From Mytilus californianus (taxonomy: Eukaryota), in assembly GCF_021869535.1 (NCBI RefSeq), contig NW_026262690.1, forward strand, positions 15,438,001-15,502,000: a stretch of 64,000 nt of DNA, written 5' to 3'. The notes below the pieces were generated by a model. It had not been told where the DNA came from. It did not search any database and saw only the letters and a program-made list of their open reading frames with translations. Shown here in pieces: positions 38,672-51,700 of the stretch (its first letter is position 1; each line of letters starts with the position of its first letter). Both the position numbers and the translations under genes were made by a program.

Positions 38672-39770
38672 AAATCCCAACTCGTTCGCTATGCTCGTGT
38701 CTGTAGTGACGTTTTGGATTTCAATGAGCGTAATCTATGTATTACTAGTAAATTATTAAGTAAGGGATTTCGTTACCACAAATTATTTAAAACCTTTACT
38801 AAATTCTTCCATAGGTACAAAGATTTGGTCTGCATGTTTGGCTGTACCTGTAGAAAACTTATTTCAAACGGAATAGCGCATCCTAAATTTTACGGTGATG
38901 TTGTAAACCGAGCCCAGAAATTTAGATACAATCCTGGTAAACTATCAATCCTTTAAATAAACTTATTCTTAAAGGTTACCTATTCAACACTGTAATCAAA
39001 TCTTTAAATATTATTTTTATTGGTATAAATATTGATTTTGTTATCAGTAAATTAAAACCATACTAAATATTACACATATGTACTTTCACGGTTCTACAAT
39101 CAGTCGATACCTATATTTTGGCATTGCACAAGGTCATGTTTTTCTCTGACTGTTAATGACGTCTTTACACTAAACCCATTGGATGTTGGATGTGTACTGA
39201 TTGTCATTTTAGTCTTAGATACATGATTTATTTTATTAGTTGTTATTGGCTTTGAACAAGCTGACAATAACTGCCAGTACGCTCAGATCTGTACTTAGTA
39301 TCGTTTTGTTGTGGGGATGTATAAGTATCCGTCCACGTCCATTCTGTGTTTTTGTTAGATGCATTTTTATCTGTATCCATGTGATGAGTTAAACATTTTT
39401 GGACTGATTTTTATAGTTATTGTTCTTATGTTGTACTGTTACACACCGGTCCCAGGTTAGGGGGAGGGTTGAGCGCTCACAAACATGTTTAGCCCCGCCA
39501 CATTCTTTATGTGCCTGTCCCAAATCAGGAGCCTGTAGTTCAGTGGTTGTCGTCGGTTCATGTCTGCCATTTTTGTGTTTCGTAAATTGTTTTGTTATAA
39601 ATTAGGCCGTTAGTTTTCTCAATTGAATTGTTTCATATTTTTCATGTCGGGGCCTTTTATAGCCGACCATACGGTATGGGTTTTTCTCATTGTTGAAGGC
39701 CGTACGGTTGCCTATAACTGCTTACATCCACTTGATTTGAACTTGGGTGGATAGTTGTCTCATTATTATT
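38672..39770 (+). mobile_element. Penelope-like retroelement 3' fragment followed by the window's most abundant repeat
   Basis: SQLVRYARVCSDVLDFNERNLCITSKLLSKGFRYHKL is a PLE-type RT C-terminal region. It continues into the ubiquitous ggatagttgtctcatt repeat. Confidence 0.7.
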
Positions 39771-40239
39771 TCAACGAGAAACACTTATGAACCACATCAA
39801 CAAACGACAACTACTGAACATCAGATTCCTGACTTAGGACTTAGGACAGGTGCAAACAATTGACGTATACATCTGTGTATATCTGTTAACGGAAAGGATG
39901 ATGATATTTAAAACAAACATGCACCAATAATTTTCGGGAGCTCTTCAGGTTACAACGTCCTCATATCATACGGATATTAAGTGATGCTTATATAAATAAA
40001 ATATATAATTTATGCTTAATACCAACATTTATAACATTTCAAACTGCTAAGCGGAAATCCGCAAGCAAACATAATTATAAAATTTTCTATATTACATATC
40101 TTAAAAGAAACAAAGTCTTTATTTGGGGAATTTCATCTGATAAAATTCTTTAATAATAATTACAGTGTATGTTTGAAAGAAAAGAATAAAAAACATATTA
40201 GAGGGAACTACAAGTATCAGATAAACTTTACATTATCAA

Positions 40240-40965
40240 TGATCCATGCATGAAAATGAAGTCTTGGTCAGATAAACCATGTCAGAGAGACTGTTAGACA
40301 TGTACACCTTACAATCATTCCACATTTAATATAGTAACTGAGAAATAGACTACACCCCAAACAGTAAACGTTGTCCAATGAACCATAAATATGAGATCAA
40401 GGTCAGATGAAACATGGACATGTACACCTTACAATAATTCTATACGCCAAATAAAGTTGATCTACTGCTTATAATGTTTGCGATACAGTGGTTGTCGTTG
40501 GTTCATGTCTGATATATTTGTTTTTCGTAAATTCATGTTTTGTTATAAATTAGGCCGTTAGTTTCCTCAATTGAATTATTTCGTATTTTTCATGTCGGGA
40601 CCTTTTATAGCCGACTATACAGTATTTTTTTTCTTCTCATTGTTGAAGGCCGTATAGTTGTCTATAATTGCTTACATCCACTTGATTTGAACTTGGGTGG
40701 ATAGTTGTCTCATTGGCAATCATACCACATCTCCTTATTTTTATATTAATCACGTAATTTTAACCTTGATCACTATTCCATGAAAGAGGTCGATGTAAGG
40801 TGAGCTATACCTGACGGACATGTAGACATTGCATCCAGTTCTTCTAGTTTCTGAAATATATAGCTTTATACAAAGGTTTATGCTGTCGCTGCTGCCGCCG
40901 CTGCCGCCGGATTGTAGTCCCTATGTCTCGCATTCTGCGACTTTCGTTGCAAGCGAGACAAAAGT
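40240..40965 (+). mobile_element. HINE-like element interrupted by a copy of the abundant repeat (about 40480-40745)
   Basis: aaggtca motifs, (GCC/GCT) microsatellite and terminal hairpin tgtctcgc...gcgagaca followed by an A-run. Confidence 0.55.
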
Positions 40966-41084
40966 TATCTGAAACGTATTGTTACACAAATGAAGCTGCT
41001 ATATACCTCTGAATTTTAATAAAGATTGTAAAACCTTTTGAAAATGTCCTTTTCGTAAATTAAGTAATAGTAAATTATGTTCAA

Positions 41085-41891
41085 TCAATAGTTTAGATTA
41101 AGATTTCCAAACAAAGAAGTAAGTTCGTCCTTTCTTTCTGTTGGTCTTAGTTTCTTTTTCCATAATTTTCCTCCTAGATCCGCCTCATTATAGATTCGTT
41201 TTCCACTTCGAATATCAAACAGATGTTCAAATAGCTCTTCTTCCTCATGGATTATATCTTTTATCTTTACATCTACATCCAAATCATCTTCAATAAGGCC
41301 AAGTTTCTCAGCTTTCTTTAGAATCCATAACTTAGAAAGATTTCTGAGGACATAATACCTTGAATCTTCGTCTTTGTCCTCAGGCAAATATTGAACAACA
41401 GGAAGTGCTGGAACATCTGATATATCTGCACCCCCCTTTAATAAGGTATCTAATTCATACCCGGGAGAACCACGAATAATTTTCCTTGAATATCGAAGTT
41501 GTGATAGACATACACATTTTTTCTTGACTGTATTCATTTTGTGCAGATTTTTTTTCCAGTATGTACCCCCAGGATCACCACGAACTTCAACAAATTTTCC
41601 TCTGCATTCAGTTGTAAACTTTCGTTCTTCGATGTCATCAGTCTCTTCTACTTCAATCACATCGCACTTCCCAAACTGTTCTGCTTTTCTGAAAACCCAG
41701 AGTCGTCTGTTATCCAATGTGTACCAACGGGATCCTTTACGACAAACTTTTATAGTTCTTATATCATCAACATCCAGTTCATCTTCTAATATTTCATCAA
41801 GAGTTTCACCAATTTGATCTCCGTTAAAGAAGATTGGTCTGATAGAACTCTGACAATATCGAATTTCCGAAGGCTTCAACTCATCCACCAT
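41085..41891 (-). CDS. Uncharacterised 268-aa protein with two tandem ParB/sulfiredoxin-like domains; uninterrupted CDS
   Basis: 807-nt ORF with an in-frame TAA just upstream of the ATG (context AAAATGG) and ATTAAA about 65 nt after the stop. Domain 1: LKPSEIRYCQSSI..F..G..IGETLDEI......IRTIKV.....WYTLDNRRLWVF. Domain 2 aligns to it (LSQLRYSRKII...VPALPVV...YYVLRNLSKLWILKKAEKLG...GGKLWKK). The ORF is well supported; the fold assignment is from memory of the motif. Confidence 0.85.
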   Translation of the reverse strand: MVDELKPSEIRYCQSSIRPIFFNGDQIGETLDEILEDELDVDDIRTIKVCRKGSRWYTLDNRRLWVFRKAEQFGKCDVIEVEETDDIEERKFTTECRGKFVEVRGDPGGTYWKKNLHKMNTVKKKCVCLSQLRYSRKIIRGSPGYELDTLLKGGADISDVPALPVVQYLPEDKDEDSRYYVLRNLSKLWILKKAEKLGLIEDDLDVDVKIKDIIHEEEELFEHLFDIRSGKRIYNEADLGGKLWKKKLRPTERKDELTSLFGNLNLNY

Positions 41892-42462
41892 TTTTTAAAT
41901 CTGGAATTTTCTATTTCGTCATCCACTTCTATAGAAATGAAAATGAAAGTAAAAGTATACGGTGAGTGTATATTTCCTTGATATATTATATTATATTAAT
42001 GTTTAATGTTTATAGAAATATAATATAATATATCAAGGACAAGATGGCCTGAATTTTGACAAATAACTTATCTCGCCTAACAACCAATGATGAACAGCAT
42101 CTGAACAAAAAACATCATTTTTATGTTTTTTTTTATATATTTAATGAATTTTCCAAAAAAAAAAATTTTGGGCTACATTTCTTTTCCGATTTTATATATG
42201 GTCAATAATAATCTCAGAAGTATTCGCATGTTCTTATGGTTATTGTTAATGTAATTTTCATTTTCACGGGTTTATGATTTAATTGGAAAAGATATATATA
42301 TCCAGTAACTTGTGACGTCAAAAAGTTAAGTTCATATTTTACTTTTGAATTCGGGAAAAGTAGTATGTAAACTGTGAACACAATAGATATTTCTGAGTTT
42401 AAAAATGAGAATATCATGAATTTTGATTGGGAAATGAGTTCAAAGTATTTTAATTTTTTTTT

Positions 42463-42682
42463 ACATATTTGTATAAAATAATAGGGAAAATATTGAAAGG
42501 GAATGACTTTTGTCCAAGTACTGTACAAGGTTTATTTTGACATATTTGTATAGAATAACAGAGAAAATATTGAAAGGGAATGACTTTTGTCCAAGTACTG
42601 TACAAGGTTTATTTTGACATATTTGTATAGAATAACAGAGAAAATATTGAAAGGGAATGACTTTTGTCCAAGTACTGTACAA
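42463..42682. repeat. 77-bp tandem repeat, about 2.9 copies
   Basis: gaaaatattgaaaggg recurs at 42486, 42563 and 42640. Confidence 0.9.
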
Positions 42683-42729
42683 CATGTACAAGGGTTATGA
42701 TAAACTTCCATGCCAGCAAGTAACTTTTC

Positions 42730-45420
42730 TAATAAACATCTATTATGTCTGTAACGATAAATAACTTTACTCAAACATGAACGCTTGTCTACCAGGATTA
42801 ATAACCTTACAATAGCATGGTTACTTGTGTAGGACAATTAGTAGCCGAACATTAATAACCTTACACATAGCGTAGACTCTTGTCTAGAACGACTCATTAC
42901 CTTCGGTGCTTTGCTTTTGTGCCAATTGGCATTTCATTTGCGCAAATAATACAGGTAAATACAGGTAAATAGTATAAAAAATAGATTTCTTCAAAAGAGA
43001 CTTTTAAACACGGTTTTTGATTGCATAATAATACATATTCCTCCGAGATCAGTCATCGTAATTATATTACGAAAGCACTATACACTGCTACGTTCTTAAT
43101 AGGAGACTTTTCATAATAATGTTAAAACACAGTTCTGTTATAAATTAACGAGATCATAAAACCTATAAGAAAGCACTATACACTGGAGTAAAACCAAAAG
43201 TTTGTTCTGACACAAAGACTTGTAACCAACGGCTCGGATGTATTCATGTACACTGTATAACCTATATGCGTTGTCATAAAACATTACAGACTTATTTCCT
43301 CTATTTAAAAAATAAGAAGATGTGGTATGATTGCCAATGAGACAACTATCTACCAAAGTTCAAATGAAATGGATGAAAGCAATAATAGGTAACCGTACGG
43401 CCTTCATAAATGGGGAAAACCCATACCGTATAGTCGGTTATAAACAGCCCAGACATGAAAATAGAAACAATCCAATTGAGAAAACTAACGGCCTGTTTGT
43501 CTCAGACTTGACAATGTCCATCTTTACATCTCAAACATGTAAACACTATATAGTTTTAAACCTAAGTGACTATATCGGTTTTATATTAGAAATGAAAAAA
43601 AATCTTATTCACGATGAAACAATGAATATTTTAAACTTTTCAGTTATATGTTACCTGTAAAATGACGCAAATGAAGTTTTTATTTTTTGGCGCAAATGTT
43701 ATATAACCTTGTGGCGCAAATAAAACATTGGATTTTGTAAAAATTGACGCAAATGCAATGCGCCCATTACCTTACACATAACATGCCGGGTCGATTAATT
43801 AACCAACACGTGGCATATGTGCGTGTCTATGAGATTAACCTCGTGGCATTGACGCTTGTCTAGTACGATAAATTACACAACTCATGACATGGACGCTTGT
43901 GTAGAATCCCTGGTCTGTGGCCATTATTAACCTAACTTACGACATTGACGCTTGTCTAAAACGGCTAATGACCTAACTTATGCAAAGACCATTTGTCTAG
44001 TATGGTTAATAACTGTACGCATAGCATGGGTATTTGTCTAGGACGATACATACCATTAAGCATAGCATGGACCTTGTCTAGGACGATTAATAACCGTACG
44101 CATAGCATGTATAGTATGGTTAATAACTGTACGCATAGCATGGGTATTTGTCTAGGACGATACATACCATTAAGTATAGCATGGACCTTGTCTAGGACGA
44201 TTAATAACCGTACGCATAGCATGGGTATTTGTCTAGGATAATTATTAGTCTAACTCCTGTGATGAATGCTTGTCTAGTAAGATTAATAACTTTACACATA
44301 GCATGGACGTTTGTTTAGGACGATCAATAACCGAACCCATGGCATGGACGCTTGTGTAGAACCACAGGTTTGTGGCTATTATTAACCCAACTTACGACAT
44401 GGACGCTTGTCTAGGACGACACATAACCTTACACGTAGCATAGACACATATCTAGGACGATTAGTGACCTAACTTATGCATGGAGCTTGTCTAGGACGAT
44501 TAATAACCGTACGCATAGTATGGGTACTTGTCTAGGAGTAAGTAGCCTAACACCTAGGATGAAAGTTTATCTAGTATGATTAATAACTTTACACATAGCA
44601 AGGACGTTTGTTTATGACGATCAATAACCTAACTCATGGTACGGACGCTGGTCTACGACATTTGTATTCTAACTCATGGCATGGACGCTTGTGTAGAACC
44701 CCGGGTATATAGGGATTATAATCACCTATCTTATGACAAAGATGCTTGTATAGGACGATTAATAAACGAAATCATGGCATGGGCGCTTGTCTTGGATGAT
44801 TAACAACCGTATGCATATCATGGACGCTTGTCTTAGACAAAGAATAACCGTACGCATAGCATGGGTACTTTTCTGGGACGACAAATAACCCAACTAATGG
44901 CATGTACGCTTGTCTAGGACGATTAATAACCAGGTCGTGGCACGACTCTTGTAATCGTTCGCTTATCATAGGTGCTGGTCTATCTAACTCGTGACATGGA
45001 CGCTCGTCGAGGACGATTGATAACCTTACTCATGGCATGATCGCTCGTCTAGCCGTCTAGGACGATTAATAACTTACTCATGACATGAACGCTTGTCTAG
45101 GACGATTAATAACCGTACACATAGCAAGGGTACTTGTCTAGGACGACTAATAACCTAACTCGTACCATAGCCGCTTGTCCAGGACGATTAATTACCGAAC
45201 GCATGGCAATGGTACTTATCTAGGACAAATAACTTAACTTATGGAATGGACACATTTCAATGACGAGTTATAACCTACCGCATATCATGTACACTCATCT
45301 AGGACGATTAATAACCGTACGCATAGCATGGATACTTGTCTAGGACGACTAATAACTTATGACAAGGACTCTTGTGTAGAACTCCTGATTTATGGCGATT
45401 TATAAACTTACTAATTAACT
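42730..45420. repeat. About 42-bp minisatellite interrupted by a MITE (about 42901-43768)
   Basis: Unit cttgtctaggacgattaataaccgtacgcatagcatggacg on both sides of the insertion. Confidence 0.88.
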
Positions 45421-48374
45421 GGACACTTTTTTTCTTATTAAAGACTAAAAATTAGTCTTTATATCCCGTTTTATTCTTCACTTTTTTTCACGGAAAAAAA
45501 CCCCCCAAAAAAATCAGTCAAAAGTTTTTATTGCCAAACTGAAACATATCTGCCAAATGTAGTTCAAATGACCTATAAATAATACTCTTATCTGCGAAGG
45601 ATATTCTATTTATTTTTATAATTATCCTTGTCCATTTTAGTTGGAGAAATGTAATGAGAGTCAGTTTATTTACATGTACTTTGCAAATCTGAAACAATTT
45701 CATTATTTCTAGATTATGCTTTTTTATAAATAATTAAACATATAAGCTGTTCCTGTTAATTTCTGCATTCTCGTACCTACCAAAAGAATGGGGATTGTTT
45801 GTTATATTAAACAAAATGCATACCCTGATCATAACATTTCGGTACACTTTCAGCTGAATGATTTTAGGAATATGAAGCCAAACATTTATTTACCTAACTA
45901 TGTTTGTACGCCAGATTTGAAATAAACAAGTTATTCACAATATTTTACGTTTTAATGTCGTATCGCCCCCTTAAAATAAACTAACATTTGTTTTGTACAT
46001 TATATGGTTCTTTCAGTGGCGGATCCAGGGGGAGGGGGTTGTCCGGGGGTTGGAACCCCCCCCCTTTTTTTTTATAAATGGCTGGATCCGCCCCTGCAAG
46101 AAGCATTGCAGTTAATTTTTTTTCATGTTTAGGCAATATAAAACACTTTATCCTGATTTAGAGTAATTTCTCGCAATTTGATTGGCTGATATTGTCCTAA
46201 TAAATTTCAGTGCATTTTTTTATTAAGTTAATTCGAATTATCTCCCTTATACCATTGACTTAATAAAAAAAATAGTGGTGTGATAACAAAATCAGGATAA
46301 ATCGTTACACAGTTTGCAGTTGTCCTAATACGGAATTTATCGGGTTTGGCTTCGCCTCACCCGATATGAATATTATTGACCCGATAAATTCCCGTATTAG
46401 GACAATTGCACACTGTGTAACTAATATTATATCTATATATTATAGAAAAAAAAAATGAAACACTATTTTTAAAACAAAACAAAACCATGTGGTCGTTTTA
46501 AACCAATTTCGTGTACTTTTATAAAATCTGGTTACGGCACTATAATTGTATAAAACCCGGTGTAATCACAAATATCATTCTTTAGCACTTCAGGTAGAAT
46601 AATAACTTGTAATTTATTATTTTATCGCTTTTCAATCATAGGCACTGCGTATACCTGTCTACTTTTTAGTATGATATCAAATGTACCGAGATACTTGTGT
46701 ATTAAATTAAACAACAACAAAAACTCAATAAAAATTAAAATAAACACAAAAACCTGAAAAATAAATGTTTACTATCTAAGAGTACAACACATAAAACCAG
46801 GTACATGTATAATTTACATATCAATTTCATTTTGTATACAAACCATAGATATCTAGTGGGTAAGTAATGATATGTGATGTCCGTACGACGCACCCATCCA
46901 CAACTATATAATATATTGAAAGGGAGTGTCCTGCCGTCCAACCTCCAGTGGCCTATCTACAACTTCTACTCAACCAGTGGATTTCTATTGAAAATCTCAC
47001 AGCTTATACAGTACATAATAATGTGGTGATAATTGTTTTTTCAAATTATTACAAAAATGATATTAAGGTTTTCCATCGCAAAACATAAGACTTCTTAATT
47101 TTTCCGAATAAGGTTTGACACCAAATTCTTTTTCGTTCCCTAATAAAAAAACACTCAGCTTTGATGCGAAAGTATGAATTTGTGTGAGATCATATGAAAC
47201 AGACCAATATTAGTTCATGCATGAGGTTTTCTAAATGTGTGCTTATAATTTACAAATGCATGTGCTTTCCTCCCAATAAGGTAATACAATTATTCGCTCT
47301 TGACTTCTGACATTTAAAAACAAATTTAGTGATGTATTGGAAACGAAGAAATAGACACAAATCACCGTCACCATGAAGATGTAAAGGATCTTTCGACGGT
47401 GGATCTATTCGAAATGTGGACAATTACATGCAGGTGCTTGACTTATAGAAATGACAGTTGAATTGTTTTCAAATTTTTATAAGAGAATTTTCTCTTTTAA
47501 CAGGATTGAAATACTTAACATATAAATACGGTTTAAAGAGGAAGCTACCTTCATTCCCTAGTGAACAACATGAAATTTAGAAGATTAGATCATGTCTGCA
47601 CAATTCTACACGACAACAACACATTATACACAATAATATCACATGATAATAATATATTAAACCTTAGACTTCGATTAGGCTTTTAACCTTTGATGAGTTA
47701 TAATTAAAATGTTCAGAGAGCACCACGGGTATCATTACATTATGTTGACACTCGTTATCTCAATATTAGCGGACTGACACAAATAATGAAGAGGAATTTT
47801 GAGATAAATTATTTTGAAATAACGAGAGACAACTGCATCTGCTAAAATCTTCTTGTCCAATGGAAAACCAGAATTTCTCCTCCATATTTTATAATGAATG
47901 TGACTTTTTCCTTTTAGATTCATCACAATAATGAACTGTGAAGAACTACAAATAACGAAGTGTATAAGCACGAGCAAATACTGTCTATACCGCAAACAGA
48001 ACATATTATTTGAAGCCGAAAAAATCAAATAGCGTTAAAACAACTGTGACAATAATAATAAGCTAGTGCATTGTGAATTGTCAAATCGATTTTGTTATCA
48101 AATATGAATCCTTCAAATATTGCAAACATATACATGATATCTACAAATCACACCATCGATATGATCATGGAAATATATTAGATGGAAAAGAACCAGCATT
48201 CATTGGATCAATTGATCAGGTTGATTAAGATAGATGACTCGACTAACGTCATACTTCCGCCTTCTACCCGACCGTTTATCTATATGAAGCGCCTAAATAA
48301 GTTCTGATTGGTGGAATAAAAGAACGGGGGACGCTCCTCATGGGAATCAGCACCAAACTCAATGGTTATATGCT

Positions 48375-48757
48375 TCACCACAATTCCCTTATACCCATGA
48401 ACGTGTCATGACTATTTACGATATGTTGTGGATGTGAATGAACCGCATATAAAACATCCCCTTCTTTCAAAGAATATGCAGACCCTACATAATGAGCTCG
48501 CTTTCCAGCGGCACTTATCATTATACATTGGGCAGAATCGCTTTCAAGTATTGGCTGCGATTTTCCATTACTCCCTAGGAGAAAAATTTGAAGTGCTGTG
48601 CCATTGTGCATTCGATTTTCAGCCATTTCTGTGATCTGGCTATAAATAAAATACATCCTGTCTTTCATTATTGTAAATGTACCATTTGTAGGATCATAAC
48701 TTAGCGAACTATTTCCTGTTTTATTGATTTCTGTGTTTTGATTCCATCTGATACTGC
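48375..48757 (-). CDS. TNF-like ligand exon 4 (TNF homology domain)
   Basis: ggtttctttacag|..SIRWNQN...YDPTNGTFTIMKDRMYFIYSQI...YVGSAYSLKEGDVLYAV...HDTFMGIRELW*. Confidence 0.92.
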
Positions 48758-51700
48758 CTGTAAAGAAACCAAAAACAAAATTACAATATTTTTCGGCACA
48801 TACTGTTGAAATAATCTTGACATAACAAAAAACTTTCAGCTTCAGTAGCGGATCCAGGAAATATGTGAGTTATATAAATAAACCAGATATGTGGATACAT
48901 GTTCCTGAAACAGAATACTATACCTGATAGGCACTATTACCACCAGACATCCATTGATAATTTATAGATATTTAATGAGACACTAGATTCCATGATTATA
49001 CACAGAGCGACCACGAGGCAGTTGATATTTTTCATTACCCGTTACAAATTGATCTATAAAGCCAGTCGGTTATTGCACACTTCAGTTTTCTTTTAACTGT
49101 CTATAATATCAATTTTCGACATTTTTTTAATTAAGTACAGTCCAGTAGATATCGATAAACAGGGTGTTACCTAAAATTAAACCAAAGAAATAGGAGTTAA
49201 TTGCCAATGAGTCAACTATCAACCATAGACAAAACAAGACGTGGATGTAAGCAACTATAGGTCATCATCAGGCCTTAAACAATGAAAACCCATACCGTAT
49301 AATAAACATATAGCGTATCGCCTGTCAACAGAACCAACAGTAATGACTGTAATCGTATCGTCCAGTAATCTAACGAGATTTATAGCAATAGTTCTTTGGC
49401 ATGGACCTAATGAATAGTGTTAAAAAGGACGTTTTAGAACATTGGACAAAAGCATTATCAATCATTATGGCAAATGGCAGACGTCGTAAAACATACAGAA
49501 GCGCCATTGCTGCATTAGCCAAGTTGTGATCTTTATAGATTTGTAATAGAAAAACAGTATTTGGTATTTTTCGTTTGTTTGGTTTTAGTGATGTAGACTG
49601 TTAATGTTGTCCCAAGTTAAGTCCACCAACTGCCTCTGTGATATTAACATTTGACATAGTAATCTTAAAACCTATAGGAATCTTTTTCACCATCATATCA
49701 TACCATATATAGTATTTAAGAGTCCTGCAGCAGTAAAAATGTCTGTCACCCTGACGAGACCGGTTTCGTATTTTTTCTCGAATTTCTTACAAACGTATAG
49801 TTGTTTACATCCTTTTCTTTTTGTCTTTGGTGGATAGATGTGGTTGTCTCATTGACATTAATAACAAATCACCTTTTTTTTAATATTAAAGAGTTAAATT
49901 TTAGTACTGATACCCAAAAATTAGTGATTCCATTATCAACAGGGTATTATAATGTTGCAGGATGTATATGGTAGTTCACTGATGGCATCAGTCATGCAAA
50001 TATTTGTGTCCTTCGTCATTTTTGTTGCCCTGGTTTTGTCTGTTTTTCCTTGACTTATCTTTTTGATTTGTTGGTATTCAACTTGTCTCAGCTATGACAT
50101 CATTTATATTGTTTATTGGAAACTTCAGGGTACAGAATTATCCCAGCCATGTCAGGTACAATACTCTTTGTTATCTTCAATGGATTCTAGCACAAGGCTT
50201 CTTAATCGTCTTTGGTCTAAGGACTTCGTGTGTAGTATCCAATACCATTCTTGTCTATACATTCTCTGGCTTTGAAGCTAGTTTAATTTAATAATTTTAT
50301 TAAAAAAGGTTCATCACATAACATAGATGAGCATTCAAAGTTAAAACATTTGCAAGTGTTTATGCCATGGGATAGTCCACAAAATGTCTTTTTTTTTAAA
50401 CTCTAGTTAACAAAACCATTTCATCCGATACAAATTTTGCTGATACTTTCAAATCTTGAAAACACAACATTATAACTACTATACCTGAAACTTACAGATC
50501 CTTTTGTTCTCTGGTACCGTTAAATCAGACTGCATTCCATGGTATTCGTCAATATGTTTGGCATTTTTTGCTGCTGGAAATTGTATTTATTGAAGTATAT
50601 TTCATTATGTTCATAAAATACCTCTTTTTCTTTAGATCCCTTTTGCTATAATGTACGCAGATCTATATCCACAACATTGGCTGCAATATGTTATATGTGC
50701 TTTCGTAAATGCATCACAGTGTTCTTACTAATCTATTTATCCAAAGTGTTGTCAGGTATCTATTATCTGTGGCATTAGTATAATGCATTCAGACTTTTAT
50801 CTAAAGTGTTGTCAGTAATCTATTATCGATGGCTTTCGTATAATACATTAAGACTTTCATCCAAAGTGTTGTCAGTAATCTATTATCAATGGCTTTCGTT
50901 TAATGTATTCAGACTTTCATCCAAAGTGTTGCAAGGAACATATTATCTATGGCTTACGTATAATGCAATCAGATTTTTATCCAAATGTTGTCAGTAATCT
51001 ATTATCTGTGGCTATCGTTTAATGCATTCAGATTTTTATCCGAAATGGTATCAGTAATCTATTATGTGATGCTTTCGTATAATACATTCAGAATTATATC
51101 ATAGTGTTTGTCAGTAATCTATTATCTGTGGCTTTCGTATCATGCATTCTGACTTTTATCCATAGTGTTTGTCATCAATCTTTTATATGTGGCTTTCCTA
51201 TGATGCGTTCAGACTTTTATCAAAAGAGTTGTCAGTAATCAATTATCTGTGGCTTTCGTATCATGCATTCAGACTTTTATCCAAAGTGTTTTCAGTAACG
51301 TATTATCTATGGCTTTCGTATAATACATTCAGACTTTTATCCATAGTGTTTGTCAGCAATCTTTTATCTGTGACTTTCGAATGATGCATTCAGACTTTTA
51401 TCCAAAGTGTTGCCAGTAATCTATTATCTATGGCTTACGTATAATGTATTCAGAATTTAATCCAAGGTTTTGTCAGTAATCTATTATCCGTGGATATCGT
51501 TTAATGCATTCAGACATTTATCCAAAGTGGTATTAGATCTGTGGTTTTCGTATAATGCATTCAGACCTTTATCCAAAGTGTTCTCAGTCATCGTTTATCT
51601 GTGGCTTTCGTATAATGCATTCAGACTTAAATCCGAAGTGTTTCCAGTAATCTATCATCGGTTGCTTTCGTATAATACATTCAGAATTATATCATAGTGT

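Noticed and set aside
41524-41817. Plus-strand ORFs overlapping the ParB-like gene
   Set aside because: Antisense shadows of the real CDS, with no motifs. The same applies to the minus-strand ORFs inside the LINE and the alternate frame 20260-20469.
41085-41891. Recent horizontal transfer or bacterial contamination as the origin of the intronless ParB-like ORF
   Set aside because: It is AT-rich like the host, flanked by host repeats, with eukaryotic start context and a polyA-like signal and no operon features. An ancient transfer cannot be assessed without a phylogeny.
48884-48904. Possible extra TNF micro-exon (TCIHISG)
   Set aside because: Joining it to exon 3 creates TGA, the donor is weak, and strand A is already explained by exon 3.
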